32,000 nucleotides of DNA from Mycolicibacterium smegmatis (GTDB taxonomy: Bacteria > Actinomycetota > Actinomycetes > Mycobacteriales > Mycobacteriaceae): the NCBI RefSeq assembly GCF_001457595.1, contig NZ_LN831039.1, positions 5,820,001 to 5,852,000 of the forward strand, written 5' to 3'. The translations under genes were made by a program, and so were the position numbers. Below are positions 1 through 8,353 of the stretch, piece after piece. Position 1 is the stretch's first letter, and every line of letters begins with the position of its first letter. The notes beneath the pieces are model-generated. The model had not been told where the DNA came from. It was given only the letters and a program-made list of their open reading frames with translations, and searched no databases.

Positions 1-455
1 CCGCCACCGCCGGGCAGCAGGCCCAGGGTGACCTCGGGAAGACCGATCACCACGCCCTTGACGTCGGCCGCGATGCGGTGATGGCAGGCCAGCGCGATCT
101 CCAGGCCACCGCCGAGCGCGGCGCCGTTGATGGCGGCGACGACGGGCTTGCCCAGGGTCTCCAGCTTGCGCAGATCGGCCTTGATGAACTCGACCTCGGC
201 GAAGGACTCGGCGGCGTTCTCCGGGCCGACCTTCATCATGCCCTTGAGGTCACCACCGGCGAAGAAGGTCTTCTTCGCGCTGGCGATGACCACACCGGTG
301 ATCGAATCCTTCTCCGCGACAAGGCGTTCCACGGCATTGTGCATGGATTCCTTGTAGTGCTCGTTCATCACGTTGGCCGAGCCGGTCGGGTCGTCCAGCG
401 TCAGCGTGACGATGCCGTCGGCATCCTTGTCCCACTTGATGGTGTTTTCAGCCAT
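1..455 (-). CDS. fadB: Fatty-acid oxidation protein FadB, N-terminal enoyl-CoA hydratase part (partial; 3' part of the gene lies beyond the window start)
   Basis: Absent from the ORF track because it is open at the window edge. Reverse complement from ATG 455-453 reads MAENTIKWDKDADGIVTLTLDDPTGSANVMNEHYKESM...GKPVVAAINGAALGGGLEIALACHHRIAA, a crotonase-fold pattern. It starts 28 bp downstream of the thiolase gene, as in the mycobacterial fadA-fadB operon. Confidence 0.85.
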   Translation of the reverse strand, partial: MAENTIKWDKDADGIVTLTLDDPTGSANVMNEHYKESMHNAVERLVAEKDSITGVVIASAKKTFFAGGDLKGMMKVGPENAAESFAEVEFIKADLRKLETLGKPVVAAINGAALGGGLEIALACHHRIAADVKGVVIGLPEVTLGLLPGGG

Positions 456-483
456 GATTTTCAGTCCTTTTCCCGACGCGCGC

Positions 484-1695
484 TCAAACTCGTTCGATGA
501 TGGTGGCCACGCCCATGCCGCCGCCCACGCACAGCGTGATCAGCGCGCGCCGGGCGCCGCGGCGCTCCAGCTCGTCGACCATGGTTCCGGTGATCATGGC
601 GCCCGTGGCGCCGAGCGGGTGGCCCATCGCGATGGCGCCACCGTTGACGTTGAGCTTCTCGTCGGGGATGCCCAGGTCCTTCTGGAACTTCAGCACCACC
701 GAGGCGAACGCCTCGTTGAGCTCGAACAGGTCGATGTCGTCGACCGTCAGGCCGGCGCGGTCCAGCACCTTCTTGGTGGCCGGGGTGGGGCCGGTCAGCA
801 TGATGACCGGGTCGGCACCGGAGGTCGCGGTGGCGACGATGCGGGCACGCGGGGTCAGGCCCTGCGACTGGCCCGCCTTCTCGCTACCGATGAGCACCAG
901 CGCGGCGCCGTCGACGATGCCCGAGCTGTTGCCGCCGGTGTGGACGTGGTTGATCTTCTCTATCGAGTGGTACTTCTGCAGCGCCACGTCGTCGAAGCCG
1001 CCCATCGCGCCGACACCCTCGAATGCGGGCTTGAGCTTGCCCAGGCTCTCGACGGTGGTGCCGGGACGCATGTGCTCGTCGTGATCCAGCACGACCAGGC
1101 CGTTCTGGTCCTTCACGGGCACCACGGACTTGGAGAAGTAGCCGCCCGACCAGGCCGCCGCGGCGCGCTCCTGCGAGCGTGCGGCGTAGGCGTCGACGTC
1201 CTCGCGGGAGAATCCCTCGATGGTGGCGATCAGGTCGGCGCCGATACCCTGCGGCACGAAACCGATGCGGTAGTTGGTCTCGGGATCACCGGCCCAGGCG
1301 CCGCCGTCGGAACCCATCGGCACGCGGCTCATGGACTCCACGCCGCCGGCGAGCACCAGGTCGTCCCAGCCCGAGCGCACCTTCTGCGCGGCGATGTTCA
1401 CGGCCTCAAGGCCGGACGCGCAGAAGCGGTTGAGCTGCACACCACCGGTGGTTTCCGGCAGGTTCGCGACCAGCGTCGCGGTGCGGGCGATGTCGCCGCC
1501 CTGGTCGCCCACGGGCGACACCACGCCGAGCACGAGGTCGCTGATCAGGGTCTCGTCCAGGTTGGGGAAACGGACTCGCAGTTCATCGATCAGGCCGACG
1601 ACCAGGTTGACGGGCTTGATCTCGTTGAGGGCTCCGCCACGCTGCTTGCCGCGTGGCGTACGAATAGCCTCGTAGATGAAGGCTTCTTCGGACAT
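484..1695 (-). CDS. fadA: Acetyl-CoA acyltransferase (3-ketoacyl-CoA thiolase)
   Basis: 403-aa ORF with thiolase signatures: [11 protein letters not shown] (acyl-enzyme Cys), GHPLGATG, and C-terminal CVGGGMGVA. High GC3. The overlapping plus-strand ORFs are antisense artefacts. Confidence 0.93.
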   Translation of the reverse strand: MSEEAFIYEAIRTPRGKQRGGALNEIKPVNLVVGLIDELRVRFPNLDETLISDLVLGVVSPVGDQGGDIARTATLVANLPETTGGVQLNRFCASGLEAVNIAAQKVRSGWDDLVLAGGVESMSRVPMGSDGGAWAGDPETNYRIGFVPQGIGADLIATIEGFSREDVDAYAARSQERAAAAWSGGYFSKSVVPVKDQNGLVVLDHDEHMRPGTTVESLGKLKPAFEGVGAMGGFDDVALQKYHSIEKINHVHTGGNSSGIVDGAALVLIGSEKAGQSQGLTPRARIVATATSGADPVIMLTGPTPATKKVLDRAGLTVDDIDLFELNEAFASVVLKFQKDLGIPDEKLNVNGGAIAMGHPLGATGAMITGTMVDELERRGARRALITLCVGGGMGVATIIERV

Positions 1696-1786
1696 GTAGA
1701 TCTCCAGGTCCTGTCAAGGGTTGGTGTGACGGGCATGAACCCGCGTGGAGGTGTTTTGTCCTCTGCGCGCGAGCCTAGCAGCCTCA

Positions 1787-1804
1787 CCCAACCGCTTGGT
1801 TGGG
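1787..1804 (-). terminator. Small hairpin (CCCAACC-GCTT-GGTTGGG) downstream of the 62-aa gene and upstream of fadA
   Basis: 7-bp perfect stem with a 4-nt loop, 38 bp past the stop at 1842. No U-tract follows it. Confidence 0.25.
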
Positions 1805-1841
1805 ACGCCTGGAGATGTGGTGCAGTTCCTACTCGGCGGCG

Positions 1842-2030
1842 TTACTTGGAAGCGCCCTCCGTGTCGTCGAAGAAGTGCCATTCGCCGCCCTGCTCGACCT
1901 CCATCCGCCAGCCCAGCTCGGTGTTGTCGGCCCGTTGGTCGACGAACCAGGCATGCGCGTCATCGGCGCTTTCGATGTCTTTGGTGTCGACGACGTCGCC
2001 TTTGGGATTGAGCACGCGATAGGTAGCCAT
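1842..2030 (-). CDS. Small conserved hypothetical protein (62 aa from ATG 2030; the longest ORF starts at GTG 2063)
   Basis: ORF 1842..2063. Reads MATYRVLNPKGDVVDTKDIESADDAHAWFVDQRADNTELGWRMEVEQGGEWHFFDDTEGASK. Acidic, non-repetitive composition and high GC3 suggest real coding. No family recognised. Confidence 0.5.
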   Translation of the reverse strand: MATYRVLNPKGDVVDTKDIESADDAHAWFVDQRADNTELGWRMEVEQGGEWHFFDDTEGASK

Positions 2031-2071
2031 GGCAGTGGTGTTGCCACGGGGCGGCGAGTTCACACCTCGCG

Positions 2072-2119
2072 CGTAACGCCACGGCGATTTTTCGGCCAGA
2101 TTTCCGCCGTGGCGTTACG
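2072..2119. repeat. REP-like 48-bp palindromic intergenic element, copy 1
   Basis: CGTAACGCCACGGCG (2072-2086) is the perfect reverse complement of CGCCGTGGCGTTACG (2105-2119). The 18-nt centre is partly self-complementary. Confidence 0.8.
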
Positions 2120-2212
2120 AACGGCGAGGCGCTTGAGCCGTGGCGAGCGACTCGTCAGGCGATCGAGTGTTGGTCAGCGGCAAGACTGTTCGCGACCTGA
2201 CCGCGCGCCGCT

Positions 2213-2260
2213 CGTTACGCCACGGCGGAAAATCGGCCGAAATTCCGCCGTGGCGTTACG
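2213..2260. repeat. REP-like 48-bp palindromic intergenic element, copy 2
   Basis: CGTTACGCCACGGCGGAAAATCGG|CCGAAATTCCGCCGTGGCGTTACG. The arms match copy 1 with one mismatch, and the centre TCGGCCGA is itself a palindrome. It starts 141 bp after copy 1 and ends 10 bp from the RidA stop. Confidence 0.8.
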
Positions 2261-2269
2261 AGCGAGAGC

Positions 2270-2701
2270 TCAGGCTGATTCGATCACAGCCGTCACGCGG
2301 ATTTCGACGCGCATCCCCGGCGCACCGAGTGCCGGCACGCCGATCTGGGTCCAGATCGGGGCGCGGTCCCCCATGCGCTTGCGGAACTGCTCGACCATGA
2401 CGCGCGTGTGGTCGTCGCCGATGGTGTCCGGCGCGGTCGGCACGTGGTAGGAGTTCACCGACACCACATCGGGCCAGCCCGCGCCTGCCGTGGCGAGCGT
2501 GCGCTCCACATTGTCGAAGGCCCGCACGATCTCGTCTTCGAGGTCGGCCGGGAAATTGATGTCGTCATCCCAGCCGCCCTGCCCGGAGATCTCGACCCGG
2601 TCGCCGATGCGCAAAGCCTGGCTGTAGTGCAGGTTTTCCCGCAGCCATGGACCGTAGCCGGGTGTGGCGAAGAACTCTGTCAACGGATTGCCTTTCGTCA
2701 T
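2270..2701 (-). CDS. RidA / YjgF / endoribonuclease L-PSP family protein
   Basis: 143-aa ORF. Size and pattern (RIGDRVEISGQGGWDDD...VVSVNSYHV...RVEIRVTAV) fit the RidA/YjgF trimer fold family. Confidence 0.75.
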   Translation of the reverse strand: MTKGNPLTEFFATPGYGPWLRENLHYSQALRIGDRVEISGQGGWDDDINFPADLEDEIVRAFDNVERTLATAGAGWPDVVSVNSYHVPTAPDTIGDDHTRVMVEQFRKRMGDRAPIWTQIGVPALGAPGMRVEIRVTAVIESA

Positions 2702-2702
2702 T

Positions 2703-2751
2703 ACTTCAAGCGTGAAGTGAACACCCTATGCAATGACTTCACGCTTGAAGT
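2703..2751. promoter_or_regulatory. Twin palindromic operator candidate in the RidA/MarR divergent intergenic region
   Basis: ACTTCAAGCGTGAAGT (2703-2718) and ACTTCACGCTTGAAGT (2736-2751) are exact reverse complements of each other. Each is itself ACTTCA-N4-TGAAGT. They lie between RidA (start 2701) and marR (start 2790). Confidence 0.55.
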
Positions 2752-2789
2752 TATTCCGGGCGACTGATCCACGCGACTAATCTGCCGGT

Positions 2790-3257
2790 ATGCCCAGCGC
2801 CGAGGAACCGCAGTGGCTCAGCCCGGCCGAGAAAGAGGCGTGGACGGGTCTGGTCTCCCTGATCCTGCTGATGCCGGGCCGGCTTGAGGCGCCGCTGCGT
2901 GACGTCGACCTGAACCTGTTCGAGTACCTGGCCCTCAGCCACATCTCCGAGGCCCCCGACCGCCGGATCCGGATGAGTGAGCTGGCGTTTCTCGCCAACG
3001 GCTCGCTCTCGCGCCTGTCGAACGTGGTCAAACGGTTCGAGCAACGCGGCTGGGTGACCCGCTCCCCCGATCCGACCGACGGCCGGTACACGCTCGCCGA
3101 ACTCACCGACGCCGGATATCGCCTCGTCATGACGGCGGCACCCATCCATCTGCGTGCCGTGCGCGAGTTCGTCCTCGACCCGCTCACGGCGTCCGAGCAG
3201 CAAGCACTCGCCCGCATCGCGGAAAAGCTGCGCATCCGTCCGGCCGATCTGGCCTGA
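2790..3257 (+). CDS. MarR family transcriptional regulator
   Basis: 155-aa ORF with a winged-helix pattern: LSRLSNVVKRFEQRGWVTRSPDPTDGRYTLAELTDAG. Confidence 0.85.
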   Translation: MPSAEEPQWLSPAEKEAWTGLVSLILLMPGRLEAPLRDVDLNLFEYLALSHISEAPDRRIRMSELAFLANGSLSRLSNVVKRFEQRGWVTRSPDPTDGRYTLAELTDAGYRLVMTAAPIHLRAVREFVLDPLTASEQQALARIAEKLRIRPADLA

Positions 3258-3280
3258 CCGCCACCGCCTACCCTTTTTCC

Positions 3281-4453
3281 ATGACCGTCCGCAGACTGCA
3301 GCCGTTCGCCGTGACCATCTTCGCCGAGATGTCGGCGCTGGCCACACGCCTGGGCGCGGTCAACCTGGGGCAGGGTTTCCCGGATGAGGACGGCCCGGCC
3401 GAGATGCTCAAGGTCGCGCAGAACGCCATCGCCGACGGGGTCAACCAGTACCCGCCCGGCCTCGGGGTGCCCGAACTGCGGCAGGCCATCGCCGCGCAGC
3501 GCAAGCGCGTCCACGGCGTTCAGTACGACCCCGACACCGAGGTGCTGGTCACCGTCGGCGCCACCGAGGCGATCGCGGCGTCGGTCATCGGGCTCGTCGA
3601 ACCCGGCTCCGAGGTGCTGGTGATCGAGCCGTTCTACGACTCGTACTCCCCCGTGATCGCCATGGCGGGCTGCGAGCGCCGCGCGGTGCCGCTCGTCCCG
3701 AGCGGGCGCGGGTTCGCGATCGACGTCGATGCGCTGCGCGCCGCCGTGACGCCGCAGACCAAGGCCCTGATCCTCAACTCGCCGCACAATCCGACCGGCG
3801 CGGTCGCCTCGGACGCCGAACTGCGCGCGGTCGCGGCCCTGGCCGTCGAGCACGACCTGCTGGTGATCACCGACGAGGTGTACGAGGCCCTGGTCTTCGA
3901 CAGCCACCGCCACCTGACGCTCGCGAGCTATCCGGGGATGCGCGACCGCACCGTCACGATCTCGAGCGCGGCCAAGATGTTCAACGCGACCGGCTGGAAG
4001 ATCGGCTGGGCCTGCGGTGCGCCCGAGTTGATCGCCGGGGTGCGTGCGGCCAAGCAGTACCTCACCTACGTGGGCGGGGCGCCGTTCCAGCCCGCGGTCG
4101 CGCACGCGTTGAACCACGAGGACGGCTGGGTGGCGGATCTGCGCGACTCGTTCCAGTCCAAGCGGGACCGGCTGGGCTCGGCGCTCGCCGAGATCGGGTT
4201 CGAGGTGCACGACAGCCGCGGCACGTACTTCCTGTGCGCCGACCCGCGCCCGCTCGGATACGACGACAGCACCGCGTTCTGCGCCGAACTGCCCACCAGG
4301 GCCGGTGTCGCGGCCATCCCCATGTCTGCGTTCTGCGATCCCGACGCACCACACGCCGATGTGTGGAATCACCTGGTGCGCTTCGCGTTCTGCAAGCGTG
4401 ACGACACCCTCGACGAGGCGATCCGCCGACTTCAGGCGCTGCGGAGGTGCTGA
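3281..4453 (+). CDS. dapC: Class I/II PLP-dependent aminotransferase (DapC / kynurenine-aminotransferase-like)
   Basis: 390-aa ORF. Shows NLGQGFPD, NSPHNPTG and the PLP-lysine context SSAAKMFNATGWKIGW. Its position next to fadA matches Rv0858c (dapC) beside Rv0859 in M. tuberculosis. The symbol rests on synteny only. Confidence 0.8.
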   Translation: MTVRRLQPFAVTIFAEMSALATRLGAVNLGQGFPDEDGPAEMLKVAQNAIADGVNQYPPGLGVPELRQAIAAQRKRVHGVQYDPDTEVLVTVGATEAIAASVIGLVEPGSEVLVIEPFYDSYSPVIAMAGCERRAVPLVPSGRGFAIDVDALRAAVTPQTKALILNSPHNPTGAVASDAELRAVAALAVEHDLLVITDEVYEALVFDSHRHLTLASYPGMRDRTVTISSAAKMFNATGWKIGWACGAPELIAGVRAAKQYLTYVGGAPFQPAVAHALNHEDGWVADLRDSFQSKRDRLGSALAEIGFEVHDSRGTYFLCADPRPLGYDDSTAFCAELPTRAGVAAIPMSAFCDPDAPHADVWNHLVRFAFCKRDDTLDEAIRRLQALRRC

Positions 4454-4460
4454 GACGGCC

Positions 4461-5699
4461 GTGACGCGAGACGATGTCTGGGTGCCCGCTCCCACACACC
4501 GCGTCGCCGCCGACGTCCACGCCCGTATCGATGCCCTGTTGACACAGGTCGACGCCGACCTCGCAGCACGGTTCCCCGGCGACCGCGACGCCGTCCAGCC
4601 CGTCCATACCGTGTACATCGGTGCGGCCGATGCCGACGAGCACACCCCGCGGCAGTGGGGTGAGGCGGCGCTCGAGCTGCTCGAACGGCATGCCGACCTG
4701 CTGACCGAACTGTCCGACGGGGAAGGCGACACCGCGCTGGCGTTGACACGTAAACGCCTCGCCGACGCCCCGATCGCCGATCTGCGGCTCGATTTCGAGG
4801 ACGGCTACGGCAGACGCTCCGACGACGTCGAGGACGCCGATGCGTTGCGCGCGGGCGAGACGCTGCGCGCACTCGGCCTGCAGAGTTCGGGCGTGCGTAT
4901 CAAGGGCCTGACCATGGCCGAGCGCACACGCGCCGTGCGGACCCTGGAACTGGTGCTCGACGGCGGGATTCCCGACGGCTTCGTGTTCACGGTGCCCAAA
5001 CTGCGTGCCGCCGAGCAGGTCACGGCCGCGGTGTGGGTGTGTGAGGCACTCGAATCCGCGCACGGCCTGCCCGAGCGCACGCTTCAGTTCGAACTGCAGA
5101 TCGAGAGCCCGCAGGCCGTGCTCGGCCCCGACGGCACCGCGACCGTGGCCGCGGCCATCCACCGCGCCGACGGGCGCTGCACCGGATTGCACTACGGCAC
5201 CTACGATTACAGCGCCGCATGCGGCATCGCACCGCAGCACCAGTCGCTGGACCATCCCATCGCCGACCACGCCAAGGCCGTCATGCAGACCGCGGCCGCG
5301 CAGACCGGAGTGTGGGTGGCCGACGGCTCCACCCAGGTGTCCCCGATCGGCACCGACGAGCAGGTGGCCCAGGCCATCCGGCGCCACCACCGCCTGGTCA
5401 CCCGATCGCTGGAGCGTGGTCTCTACCAGGGTTGGGACATGCATCCGGGCCATCTGGTGACACGCTGGCTCGCGACGTTCGCGTTCTTCCGCGCCGCGAT
5501 GGCCGCCGCGGCCCCGCGGTTGCAGAATTACCTGGACCGCCGCGGCGGCGCGATCGTCGACGAACCGGCCACGGCCGAGGCGCTGGCCACCGTGGTGCTG
5601 CGTGGATTGGACTGTGGCGCATTCGAGGCCGCGGACGTGCTGGCGCTCGCACCGGGCGCCACCGTCGAGGTGTTGCACGACCTGAAGAACCGGATCTAG
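4461..5699 (+). CDS. Uncharacterised TIM-barrel-like protein of the HpcH/HpaI aldolase - citrate lyase beta - malate synthase type
   Basis: GTG 4461 is in frame with ORF 4305..5699 and lies 7 nt after the aminotransferase stop. It gives 412 aa. The LRLDFEDGYG motif resembles the D(F/L)ED metal/substrate motif of CitE and malate synthases. The stop lies 10 nt before allantoicase. Confidence 0.45.
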   Translation: MTRDDVWVPAPTHRVAADVHARIDALLTQVDADLAARFPGDRDAVQPVHTVYIGAADADEHTPRQWGEAALELLERHADLLTELSDGEGDTALALTRKRLADAPIADLRLDFEDGYGRRSDDVEDADALRAGETLRALGLQSSGVRIKGLTMAERTRAVRTLELVLDGGIPDGFVFTVPKLRAAEQVTAAVWVCEALESAHGLPERTLQFELQIESPQAVLGPDGTATVAAAIHRADGRCTGLHYGTYDYSAACGIAPQHQSLDHPIADHAKAVMQTAAAQTGVWVADGSTQVSPIGTDEQVAQAIRRHHRLVTRSLERGLYQGWDMHPGHLVTRWLATFAFFRAAMAAAAPRLQNYLDRRGGAIVDEPATAEALATVVLRGLDCGAFEAADVLALAPGATVEVLHDLKNRI

Positions 5700-5709
5700 A
5701 GAGCGGAAC

Positions 5710-6675
5710 GTGATGAGTGAAACCCCACCCGATTTCACCTGGCTACCCGATCTGGCCCTGCGGTCGTTGGGCGGCGCGGTGGTGTGGGCCAACGACGAGA
5801 CGTTCGCGGAGAAGGAGAACCTGATCTCGCCCGGGCCGTCGCAGTACCGGCCCGCGACGTTCGGGCACAAGGGCCAGATCTACGACGGGTGGGAGACCCG
5901 CAGGCGGCGTGAGGCCGGGCACGACTCGGCGATCGTGCGCCTCGGTGTGCCCGGTGTGATCCGCGGGATCGTCGTCGACACCGCGTGGTTCAAGGGCAAC
6001 TACCCGCCCGAGGTGTCGGTCGAAGCGATCGAGGTGGACGGTTATCCCACGGCCGGGCAGCTCGCCGCCGATACGGGGTGGACACCGCTCATCGAACGCT
6101 CCCGCGTTCACGGCGACACCCGCAACAACTTCGAGGTGCATTCCGAGGACCGCTGGACGCACGTGCGGCTCAACATCTTTCCCGACGGCGGCGTGGCGCG
6201 GCTACGTGTGCACGGCGAAGGCCGCCCCGACAAACGGTTCCTCGGCATCGGGCCGGTGGATCTGGCTGCATTGGAGAACGGTGCGTTGGTGCTCGACTGC
6301 TCCAACCGCTTCTACAGCTCACCGCACAACCTCATCTTCCCCGGCCTGGCGCAGGCCATGGGTGACGGTTGGGAGACCGCACGCCGCCGCGACGACGGAA
6401 ACGACTGGGTGCGAATCCGTTTGGCGGGCCCGGGACGCGTGCGCCTGGCCGAGGTGGACACGTCCTACTTCGTGGGTAACTGCCCGGGTGAGGCCGCGCT
6501 GAGCGGGCTGAGCGCCGACGGCCGGTGGGTGGACCTGCTGCCGCGCACCGCGCTGCTGCCCGACACGCGGCACCGGTTCCTCGTCGACGTTGCCGACGTG
6601 GTGTCGGAAGTGCGACTGGACATCTACCCCGACGGCGGCCTCGCGCGCCTGCGACTGTACGGAGATCTGGCATGA
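5710..6675 (+). CDS. alc: Allantoicase
   Basis: 321-aa ORF with two allantoicase repeats, each carrying DGWET(R/A)RRR (YDGWETRRRR and GDGWETARRR). N-terminal WANDETFAEKENL is also typical. Confidence 0.9.
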   Translation: MMSETPPDFTWLPDLALRSLGGAVVWANDETFAEKENLISPGPSQYRPATFGHKGQIYDGWETRRRREAGHDSAIVRLGVPGVIRGIVVDTAWFKGNYPPEVSVEAIEVDGYPTAGQLAADTGWTPLIERSRVHGDTRNNFEVHSEDRWTHVRLNIFPDGGVARLRVHGEGRPDKRFLGIGPVDLAALENGALVLDCSNRFYSSPHNLIFPGLAQAMGDGWETARRRDDGNDWVRIRLAGPGRVRLAEVDTSYFVGNCPGEAALSGLSADGRWVDLLPRTALLPDTRHRFLVDVADVVSEVRLDIYPDGGLARLRLYGDLA

Positions 6676-7571
6676 GCTACCCGAGAGATATGGTCGGCTA
6701 CGGCCGCACGCCCCCGGATCCGCAGTGGCCCGGCGGTGCGGCGATCGCCGTGCAGTTCGTGCTCAACTACGAAGAGGGCGCGGAGAACTGCGTGCTGGAC
6801 GGCGACCCGGCCTCGGAGACCTTCCTGTCGGAGATGACGCCGGCCGAGGCGTTCCCCAACCGGCACATGAGCATGGAATCGCTCTACGAGTACGGTTCAC
6901 GCGCCGGGTTGTGGCGTGTGCTGCGGGTTTTCGAGCAGCGCGGCATACCGCTGACGATCTTCGCGGTGGCCCGCGCCATGCAGCGCAACCCCGAGGCCGT
7001 CGCGGCCTTCACCGAACTGGGCCACGAGATCGCGTGCCACGGACTGCGGTGGAAGTCCTATCAGCTGACCGACCGCGACACCGAGCGTGAACACATGGCC
7101 GAGGCCGTGCGGATCCTCAAGGAGCTCACGGGTTCGGCCCCGCTGGGCTGGTACACGGGCCGGGATTCGCCGTACACGCGTGAACTGGTGGTCGAGCACG
7201 GCGGATTCGTCTACGACTCCGATTCCTACGCCGACGACCTGCCGTACTGGGTGCAGGTCGACGGATCCGATCACCTCGTGGTGCCCTACACGCTGGACAC
7301 CAACGACATGCGGTTCGCCTCGCCCGCCGGATTCGCCAACGGTGAGGAGTTCTTCGCGCATCTGCGCGACGCGTTCGACGTGCTCTACGCCGAGGGCCTC
7401 GCGGGAGCACCCAAGATGCTCTCGGTGGGCCTGCACTGCCGACTGGTGGGGCGGCCCGCGAGAACCGCTGCGCTGCAGCGATTCCTGGACCACGTGCAGT
7501 CACACGACAAGGTGTGGCTGGCGCGGCGCATCGAGATCGCCGAGCACTGGCGCACCGTGCACCCGGCCTAG
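6672..7571 (+). CDS. puuE: Allantoinase, PuuE type (polysaccharide deacetylase fold)
   Basis: ATG 6672 overlaps the alc stop (ATGA). MSYPRDMVGYGRTPPDPQWPGGAAIAVQFVLNYEEGAENCVLDGD matches the characteristic PuuE N-terminus. 299 aa. Confidence 0.88.
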   Translation: MSYPRDMVGYGRTPPDPQWPGGAAIAVQFVLNYEEGAENCVLDGDPASETFLSEMTPAEAFPNRHMSMESLYEYGSRAGLWRVLRVFEQRGIPLTIFAVARAMQRNPEAVAAFTELGHEIACHGLRWKSYQLTDRDTEREHMAEAVRILKELTGSAPLGWYTGRDSPYTRELVVEHGGFVYDSDSYADDLPYWVQVDGSDHLVVPYTLDTNDMRFASPAGFANGEEFFAHLRDAFDVLYAEGLAGAPKMLSVGLHCRLVGRPARTAALQRFLDHVQSHDKVWLARRIEIAEHWRTVHPA

Positions 7572-7572
7572 G

Positions 7573-7639
7573 TTCGCCGAGCGTGCGGTTTCATCCGCAC
7601 GCGGCGGCGCGTCGCGGATGAAACCGCACGCTCGGCGAA
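7573..7639. terminator. Long perfect hairpin between convergent puuE and racemase genes (candidate bidirectional terminator or REP-type element)
   Basis: TTCGCCGAGCGTGCGGTTTCATCCGC (7573-7598) is the exact reverse complement of 7614-7639. The 15-nt loop ACGCGGCGGCGCGTC can pair further (ACGC/GCGT). No U-tract on either strand. Confidence 0.6.
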
Positions 7640-7645
7640 AGGGGG

Positions 7646-8353
7646 CTAGAGGTACTGCTTGGGCGGAGGTGGCGCGTACTCGCCGCGCTTACCGGTGGTG
7701 AGGCCCATGGTCACCAGGGACTGGACGGTGAGCGTCGCCGCAGTCACGCCGTCGACCACGGGCACGCCGACTTCGGCCGAGATCGCACGGCACATCTCGG
7801 CCATGCCCGCGCACCCCAGCACGATCGCGTCGGACCCGTCGCGTTCGACGGCATCACGGCACGCCTCGGTGACCACCTTCTGCGCGGTGGGGTCGGTCTC
7901 CAGGTCCAGCACCGGGATCTCGCACGCATGGATGCCAAGGCAGAACCTCTGCATGCCATACCGTTCGGCGAGTTCTGCGGCGCGCCCTGTGGTGCGAACG
8001 AGTGTCGTCACCACCGAGAACCCGCGGCCAAGATGGCTCGCGGTGTGCATGGCGGCCTCGGCGATCCCGATCACCGGACCGGTGGCGACCTCACGCGCGG
8101 CGTCCAGTCCGGGATCCCCGAAGCACGCGATCACGTAGCCGTCGGCCCCGGCCTGCTCACCGCGCGCGATGGCGTCGAGCAGGCCGGGAACGCTCATCGC
8201 CTCGTCGTAGTGGCTCTCGATGGACGGCGGCCCCGATCGTGAGGTGACGGCGGTGATCTCGGTGCCGGGACCGGCCACTGCGTTGGCGCAGCGGCCGATC
8301 CCCTCGGTCATCGATGCGGTGGTGTTCGGGTTGACCACCCAGATGCGGATCAC
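7646..8353 (-). CDS. Asp/Glu/hydantoin racemase family protein, probable allantoin racemase
   Basis: GTG 8353 overlaps the permease stop (GTGA). The 235-aa product VIRIWVVNPNTTASMTEGI...ACFGDPGLDAARE...VLGCAGM has the two-Cys racemase layout. The longer track ORF (to 8770) overlaps the permease and is rejected. Confidence 0.75.
   Translation of the reverse strand: MIRIWVVNPNTTASMTEGIGRCANAVAGPGTEITAVTSRSGPPSIESHYDEAMSVPGLLDAIARGEQAGADGYVIACFGDPGLDAAREVATGPVIGIAEAAMHTASHLGRGFSVVTTLVRTTGRAAELAERYGMQRFCLGIHACEIPVLDLETDPTAQKVVTEACRDAVERDGSDAIVLGCAGMAEMCRAISAEVGVPVVDGVTAATLTVQSLVTMGLTTGKRGEYAPPPPKQYL

Noticed and set aside
2140-2400. 86-aa plus-strand ORF across REP-like copy 2 and the RidA 3' end
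   Set aside because: It is generated by the palindromic repeat plus the antisense of RidA, with Arg/Ser-rich composition.
2777-4732. 651-aa minus-strand ORF; similar long ORFs at 4062..5870 (-), 373..2022 (+), 8452..10116 (+) and 30821..31987 (-)
   Set aside because: All lie opposite well-supported genes (MarR/aminotransferase, aldolase-like, fadA, NCS1 permease, integrase). They show the Arg/Pro/Gly-rich composition typical of stop-codon-poor antisense frames in high-GC DNA.
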